Part shown: positions 55,797 to 61,023 of the stretch, piece after piece | How the letters are laid out: every line of letters starts with the position of its first letter | How positions within the stretch are numbered: the stretch's first letter is position 1 | Source: a virus | Taxonomy: Duplodnaviria; Caudoviricetes | Virus record (IMG/VR): IMGVR_UViG_3300042554_000484 | Coordinates: 1 to 61,023 of that record | Strand: one strand, 5' to 3' | Length of the DNA: 61,023 nt | Notes under the pieces: model-generated | Database searches by the model: none | The model's input: only the letters and a program-made list of their open reading frames with translations | What the model was told of the DNA's origin: nothing | Made by a program: the position numbers and the translations under genes

Positions 55797-56050
55797 AAGC
55801 ACCCCGCGCCACGAGTACGACGACGGTGCCGCTGCACAGAGTGATACGCGATGTCGTATCCCCACTTCCGCAACGTCTCGGCAACCCGCCCGGACGGCAC
55901 CCGGCAATCCTCCTCAAGGAGAACACCAAGCCACTCACGCTGCTCATCGGTGACCTGCTCAAGCACCAGGCTCACCGCGCACCGCTTCTGATGAGGAACC
56001 TCAGTGCGCTCATCCAACAGCGCCTTCAAGTCCTCGACAAGATCACTCAT
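55787..56050 (-). CDS. Small HTH-like protein with Cys/His
   Basis: C.V....L...G..I...SV.RHRR....C.C. Confidence 0.55.
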   Translation of the reverse strand: MSDLVEDLKALLDERTEVPHQKRCAVSLVLEQVTDEQREWLGVLLEEDCRVPSGRVAETLRKWGYDIAYHSVQRHRRRTRGAGCLCP

Positions 56051-56179
56051 GCCTATTCTCCGCCTTACATCTTGAGCAGCGGATAGCCCACGGTCGCGTC
56101 ACCAGCAACGCGATGATCCGGTTACAGCGCCAACACCGAGGCACCTCATCCGTGATCGCCGACCGGCCATACGGATCCG

Positions 56180-56581
56180 TCACGGACGCACCACACACGA
56201 GAAGTTCATGCTGATCATCGGCCGGCCATTCTGGTCCTCACCCATCGGCAAGAAAGACCCATCCGCCGCCACCCGCATGATGTAGATACCGGAGATCGAG
56301 GTCTCCGTGATCCCCGCCATCAGCAACCGGACAGCCCTCGCCTTATCACGAGCAGCCGGGTAGTCACCACGAGTAGACCGAACAATGACCTGCAACCCCG
56401 GTTGCTCGACAGCGAACGCCGCAGCGCCCATAGTTAGCATTGGGGCATACCCCTGTGTCTCGTAAACACAGACACAAGAATCCGGGGACTCCGGCATTGT
56501 CGCCAGAAACAGATTCGTGCCCAGAGTGCCTTCACCCTGAGCCTGCAAATAGTCACCGACTGCTTCAAGAATGGTGCTCAT
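56180..56581 (-). CDS. Tail terminator / minor capsid-like protein
   Basis: G..G..LF...MP..PD...P..QV.VR...G.D.N.R...S.NF. Confidence 0.72.
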   Translation of the reverse strand: MSTILEAVGDYLQAQGEGTLGTNLFLATMPESPDSCVCVYETQGYAPMLTMGAAAFAVEQPGLQVIVRSTRGDYPAARDKARAVRLLMAGITETSISGIYIMRVAADGSFLPMGEDQNGRPMISMNFSCVVRP

Positions 56582-56988
56582 TAGATGACGAACCTCCGGT
56601 TGATCATGTCAAGCACCCGGACCCTCATCCTGTCGGCCATGCCCTTAGCGTAGAGTTTCACGGGCCGTTCTAGGTACTTCCACTGCGTCGGCGAGGCGTG
56701 TGTCGCCCTTCCTGGGGGCAGTTCGTGGACATAAATGGCGTAGTTCGCTGCCGCCCCGCCATACCGGATCCAGGCATGAGCCAGGTTCCCGGTGCGGTAC
56801 TGAGTGACATTCCCCGAGGACCGCAGCACACCCGTGTCGACCGGGACGACCTGCTGAGACAGGCGGAAAGCCTCCTGGGCCTCCTCGAACAGGGCTTGCT
56901 GCCCGTAGATCGGGGCATCCTTGCCGGCGAGACGGAACGCCTCATTCAAGGGGTCAAGCCCGCGAGCCCTCACATAGGCGCCAGCCAT
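56581..56988 (-). CDS. HK97 gp10-like neck protein
   Basis: VPVDTG.LR.SG...YA.YVHE...KYLE.P. Confidence 0.8.
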   Translation of the reverse strand: MAGAYVRARGLDPLNEAFRLAGKDAPIYGQQALFEEAQEAFRLSQQVVPVDTGVLRSSGNVTQYRTGNLAHAWIRYGGAAANYAIYVHELPPGRATHASPTQWKYLERPVKLYAKGMADRMRVRVLDMINRRFVI

Positions 56989-56994
56989 GAGCCA

Positions 56995-57327
56995 TCACGC
57001 CCCGAACCCGATAACCGTGTGGTGGGCGCCCGACTCGTCCCTCAACTGCGACACAGACGTGATCAGGGGGGTGCGGCCATCCGGCAACGCGATCCTGTCA
57101 TTCACATCCACCGTCGCAACGCCGTACACGACCGCCCGACCCGCCTCAAGGATCTCCCGCCCGTCCTGCGTGCGGATCATGCGCGAGTCCCAGATCAGCC
57201 GGCACTGATACGACGTACCCGACCCAGAGTGCGACTGCTTGCCGTACTTGTCAAGCGTTGACGAGCCATACACGATGACCGCGTGAGGCATCATCACCGC
57301 GAAATCTTTGGCGATAGCCACAGTCAC
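56995..57327 (-). CDS. Head-tail joining (stopper) protein
   Basis: DKYG...D.I.LPDG; position in the neck module. Confidence 0.7.
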   Translation of the reverse strand: MTVAIAKDFAVMMPHAVIVYGSSTLDKYGKQSHSGSGTSYQCRLIWDSRMIRTQDGREILEAGRAVVYGVATVDVNDRIALPDGRTPLITSVSQLRDESGAHHTVIGFGA

Positions 57328-57737
57328 GCCCCAGGGTTGTCATGCAGACCGGTGTGGAACTCATGTCCCTGCATACCCAACTCGCTTCGCTCATTCGCGG
57401 TCTGAAAGTTCTTCGGCGACGCCCACGGAGTAGGCACATCACGGCGAGAAGCCAGAGCCATTAGCCGATCAGCCAGCGCATAGAACGACTGCGACCGGTC
57501 CTGATACGACAGAGACAGGTCACCGACCGACTTCGACGTAGCCATCCTCGCGAACTTCGACGCAATCACATGGCAGGCATCATGAGCAGACTGATAGATC
57601 GAGTCGCCAGACTCCGTAAACAACCAGTCGATCTCAGCATCGTTGAGCAACTGGTCATTCGTGTCCGTGTCCCCGATCAGGAACCGGACACGGTCACGGT
57701 CGGAGTGAGCCGGGTCGCCGGTGTAAGTCCAAGCCAC
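57324..57737 (-). CDS. Head-tail adaptor protein
   Basis: W.Y.GDP....D.VRFLIGDTD....L.D.EI...VGDLSLSY. Confidence 0.8.
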   Translation of the reverse strand: MAWTYTGDPAHSDRDRVRFLIGDTDTNDQLLNDAEIDWLFTESGDSIYQSAHDACHVIASKFARMATSKSVGDLSLSYQDRSQSFYALADRLMALASRRDVPTPWASPKNFQTANERSELGMQGHEFHTGLHDNPGA

Positions 57738-57769
57738 AAGCCACTCCTACCCTCGGTTAGGTTCCTATT

Positions 57770-58027
57770 CTACTGGCGGGAAGCCATAATCGCGTCGACT
57801 GCGCCCTCAGAAAGGCCCATGTCCAGCAACTCCTGGCGAGCCGACGCCAGGGCCGCAGCCGCAGCCTCAGCCGCCGCCACACGCTCCGCCTCGGCAGCCT
57901 CCGCCGCCAGACGATCCACCTCACGCTGCTCCAACTCAGCCACCGTCATCGGCCTCATCGTCTGCTCACCCGTGGCGCAGTTCACTTCCAGCACCATCGG
58001 AACCTCGTCCGTGACCATCTCACTCAT
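57770..58027 (-). CDS. Small fibre-associated protein
   Basis: E.NC.TGE...R.MT..E...SA...L...GL... Confidence 0.6.
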   Translation of the reverse strand: MSEMVTDEVPMVLEVNCATGEQTMRPMTVAELEQREVDRLAAEAAEAERVAAAEAAAAALASARQELLDMGLSEGAVDAIMASRQ

Positions 58028-58042
58028 TGTGTTTCTCCTTAG

Positions 58043-59317
58043 TTAGTTACCGATATGGGGGTATCGAATGATGACGATGCCGGAGCCGCCAGCACCGGCA
58101 GTAACACCGACGCCCTCGCGGATGCCGCCGCCGCCGCCGCCTGTATTGGCGCGTCCGGCAACCGCTCCCACGGTGTAGTTTGCGCCGCTGCCTCCACCGC
58201 CGACGCCGCCGCTACCCGGTGTCGTGGTTGCTCCGCCGCCACCGCCTCCCGCGTAGTGCGACGACACCCAGAACACTCCCGCACCACCGTTGCCCCCCGT
58301 GTTCGTGGAGGCCGATCCGCCAGCGGCTACCGCGCCGCCACCGCCGCCTCCCGCTTGCGAAGCGCCAGTACCTCCCGCGCTACCCTGACCCGACGTGCCA
58401 GCACCTCCCGCCGCGCCGGAACCGCCCCCGCCGCCGCCGGATCCACCTGCCGCGCCGACCACATTGGAGAAGCGCCCGCCTCGACCGCCTCCCACGGCGG
58501 TAAGGCTGAAGACGGATGAGTCGGTGCCGTTAGAGCCTCCGTCTGTACCGCCTGCCGCCGCTGCCCCTCCGCCGCCCACGGTCACCGTTTGATTACCGGG
58601 GCCGAGGCCGAGACGACCTTGCAGCAAGCCTCCGGCTCCGCCGCCACCGCCTTCGTACTGCCCGCCGCCCGAACCGCCGCCACCGACAACCAGATACTCC
58701 ACCACCCCGCCCTCGATCACCCGCAACGAAGACGTAGACGTAAACGTGTGAACCTTGTAACCCCCCGAGATCGTCTCCACGCCACCCACAATCACAGGCA
58801 CCTGAGTAATCGCATACAAGTAGAACGTGGACCCCGCGACGAAGTTCGTGCCGAACCACGGAATCAAGGTGATCGACGTGACCGCAGCCGTGGAGTTCCA
58901 CAGATTAGCGTTCATACCCACGATCGCTTGGGTGCCGTTATTCTCCGCGACCCCGGTAGACAAGACGGACTTAGCGGCGCTGCCCGTGTAGTTGGGGATA
59001 TGCACCTCTGCGCTGCCGAATGTGTTAGCGGTCGCGCTAGCCGCCGTGAGGGTGGAGGTGTGCTTCATGCCTGTCTGCGAAGCACCGTTCTCGTTACCGA
59101 TAGTGGAGTTGTATTGGTAGACCATGCGGAATGAGTAGTTCGCCCCGCTGTCCCCATTGAACCGTATGTTCGTGGTGTCCTCGAAGGCTGCCCGATCAGA
59201 TCGTGCCGAGTAGACGAGCAGCAGGTCGGTGTAAGTCTGCGGGATGTTGGACATGACGACAGACGTAGCGGACGCAAGGAGTGTCCGCTTGGCGATGAGG
59301 CGTTTCACACCGGGCAT
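58043..59317 (-). CDS. Type C paralog with glycine-rich domain
   Basis: SNIPQTYTDL...GSTFYLY; YKVHTFTS; ends GGSGIVIIRY. Confidence 0.75.
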   Translation of the reverse strand: MPGVKRLIAKRTLLASATSVVMSNIPQTYTDLLLVYSARSDRAAFEDTTNIRFNGDSGANYSFRMVYQYNSTIGNENGASQTGMKHTSTLTAASATANTFGSAEVHIPNYTGSAAKSVLSTGVAENNGTQAIVGMNANLWNSTAAVTSITLIPWFGTNFVAGSTFYLYAITQVPVIVGGVETISGGYKVHTFTSTSSLRVIEGGVVEYLVVGGGGSGGGQYEGGGGGAGGLLQGRLGLGPGNQTVTVGGGGAAAAGGTDGGSNGTDSSVFSLTAVGGGRGGRFSNVVGAAGGSGGGGGGSGAAGGAGTSGQGSAGGTGASQAGGGGGGAVAAGGSASTNTGGNGGAGVFWVSSHYAGGGGGGATTTPGSGGVGGGGSGANYTVGAVAGRANTGGGGGGIREGVGVTAGAGGSGIVIIRYPHIGN

Positions 59318-59354
59318 CAGCGGCCCCCCGTCCTGAACTCATGGGTTAACGTCA

Positions 59355-59846
59355 TCACGCCGCCTTGATTCCGTAGAGGCTGAACGTGGAACCAGTTTTC
59401 CAATTAGTTGCGTCATAGGGCAGAAGCGTGATGCTGGTGATTGCGGCAGTTGAGCGCCACAGGTTGACAGCCCTATCCAGATACAGTCCGCTGGCAGCGC
59501 CACCCGCAACGAGGGCTGTCTTGAATACTGAGGTATTGGCGTAGGACATGATTTGTATCGTCGACATTCGGTCCACCGCAGCCCCGTAGGACCCCGCAAA
59601 GGCTACCGTGGCAGAAGAAATGCGGTACGAGGCTGCCGTGCTGCCGTCCCCATACAACTGAGTAGCGGAGTAGTTGCTGCCGGTGTCCCCGTTGTATCGA
59701 ATGTAATCGTTGATACCTGTGAGTCCAGCACGGGCGTGCTTTACGATAAAGAGGTCCGTGAAGGTCTGGGGGATGCTGCTGAACGTGATGCTTGAGGCGT
59801 CAGCACCTAGCGTCTGCGAGGCGATGGGCTCATACGTCCTAGGCAT
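59355..59846 (-). CDS. Type B paralog fibre-like protein
   Basis: TYEPIASQTL...ITFSSIPQTFTDL...LWRSTAAITSI. Confidence 0.75.
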   Translation of the reverse strand: MPRTYEPIASQTLGADASSITFSSIPQTFTDLFIVKHARAGLTGINDYIRYNGDTGSNYSATQLYGDGSTAASYRISSATVAFAGSYGAAVDRMSTIQIMSYANTSVFKTALVAGGAASGLYLDRAVNLWRSTAAITSITLLPYDATNWKTGSTFSLYGIKAA

Positions 59847-59877
59847 GATCGCCCCCCGTCTGTAATTGTGTCGTTAG
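59779..59877. repeat. Second copy of the 99-bp repeat
   Basis: Identical to 1-99. Confidence 0.97.
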
Positions 59878-59879
59878 AG

Positions 59880-60419
59880 TCATGGGGCTTTCACCCCGTA
59901 CAGGGCGGCGGTGGAGTATTGAACAAACTTGTAAAGAGTGTCCGGCTCAAGCAAGGCGATTGAGGTAATGGCCGAGGTTGTCTGCTCCAGCGCGGAAGGC
60001 ATCTCTACAAATCCTGCGCCGTTGCGATCCCCACCACTGAACGCCCTGACAACCTTGTTCTTGGTAGTGGATGTGTAGTCAAGGATGTCCACGACTATCG
60101 CACTAAACATTGACGCACTAGCGCTGCCACCCGTGGAGTGCGAAATATTGCCGCTCGTCCCTGTGTATGCGCTGGGAGATGCTCCGTCCCCGTAGAGCGA
60201 ATGGTTGCGATCAATGCTGGTGCCATTGATCCTCATTGCTAGTGCTGGTTGCACAGACGGGTAGTTGCTGCGGACCAAGGCACGAATCTGCAAATGCTGG
60301 TAGGTGCTTGGAATGGATGTGAACTCAATCGTATTTGCCCCGCCGCTGCCGACCGTGACCGTGGCGATGGACTCGAAATCCCCACCACCGGCATAAATGA
60401 ACGGATTGATAAAGAACAT
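59880..60419 (-). CDS. Alternative type A allele
   Basis: ESIATVTVGSGG...TYQHLQIR...AALYGVKAP; homolog of 105-707 with a different N-terminus. Confidence 0.72.
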   Translation of the reverse strand: MFFINPFIYAGGGDFESIATVTVGSGGANTIEFTSIPSTYQHLQIRALVRSNYPSVQPALAMRINGTSIDRNHSLYGDGASPSAYTGTSGNISHSTGGSASASMFSAIVVDILDYTSTTKNKVVRAFSGGDRNGAGFVEMPSALEQTTSAITSIALLEPDTLYKFVQYSTAALYGVKAP

Positions 60420-61023
60420 CAGGCGCGCCGCCCGATGAGGTAAACCTTGGCGCCCTTAGCGCCGGTGCCTGCTACGTCGATGTCTATGGTGATCTCGGCA
60501 TCATCGGCGAGTGCGCTGTCGCTAATCACGGCAGCCGTGGCAGCCGTCGTGCTGGTCTTCTCGTTAGCGTCGATCGTGAGTTTCGTAGACAGGATCGTCG
60601 TCCCGCCCTCGTTGATGTCGAACGTAGGCAGGCCAGAGGTCGAGGCCGTGGACAGGGACGCCCGTACCGCCGTGAGCGTCATGGCGAACGGCATGCGGAA
60701 GGTGACCTTGGCGTTGCCCGTGGTGATGGCGGTTTCCTCGTCCGACACCGCGATCCCGATGACCTCGGCAGGACCCTGCCAGATGAGGCCCGTGGTCTCG
60801 CCAGAGGCAGCCGTGAGGATGAAGTCATTAGTGCCCACCGCCAGACGGGCGGGGGTGTTATCAGCCGTCGCCGTGACCAGATCGCCCTTGGCGTCAACTA
60901 GGGCTTTAGTGACATACTGCGTATGAACGTCCGTAGAGTTGTCATTAACGTGTGAGTTCGTCTCATCGAAATCACGAGCTGACACACCATGCCGGAACAC
61001 AGCACCAGCATTGTGAGACACAG
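60419..61023 (-). CDS. Partial fibre/adaptor protein (5' end truncated at the window edge)
   Basis: AKGDL...RLAVGT motif, then SDE.TA.TTG..K.TFRMP domain. Confidence 0.6.
   Translation of the reverse strand, partial: VSHNAGAVFRHGVSARDFDETNSHVNDNSTDVHTQYVTKALVDAKGDLVTATADNTPARLAVGTNDFILTAASGETTGLIWQGPAEVIGIAVSDEETAITTGNAKVTFRMPFAMTLTAVRASLSTASTSGLPTFDINEGGTTILSTKLTIDANEKTSTTAATAAVISDSALADDAEITIDIDVAGTGAKGAKVYLIGRRA

Overview
This window is an apparently complete, high-GC tailed (siphovirus-like) phage genome, probably infecting an Actinobacterium (two WhiB-like genes, actinophage-type lysis, replication and structural genes). All family calls come from motifs read by eye; no database search was run. 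Nearly all genes are on the minus strand, except one plus-strand block at about 29.7-32.7 kb. Bases 1-99 are identical to 59779-59877, so 1..59778 closes as a circle, and 59878-61023 is an alternative branch carrying a different allele of the same fibre-like gene. Gene order on the minus strand: terS/terL, a 13 kb block of small accessory genes, portal, MuF, two giant modular proteins, XkdF-type protease, scaffold, capsid, two paralogous fibre-like cassettes (wrapping the origin), neck, tail, lysis, then recombination/replication (Gam, ERF, initiator with iterons). The most unusual part is 10.4-17.3 kb. Two polyproteins carry five copies of a KHGSHDQSSH-type tag, each placed ahead of a different effector-like domain: an HExxH peptidase, a possible SAM-lyase-like domain, an unknown domain, a GNAT domain and an Apk/Tas1-like RelA/SpoT nucleotidyltransferase. 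The next gene fuses an immunity-like domain to the prohead protease. Candidate eraser enzymes (an HD alarmone hydrolase and an HDAC-family deacetylase) are encoded elsewhere in the genome. No integrase, DNA polymerase, tRNA or CRISPR array was recognised.
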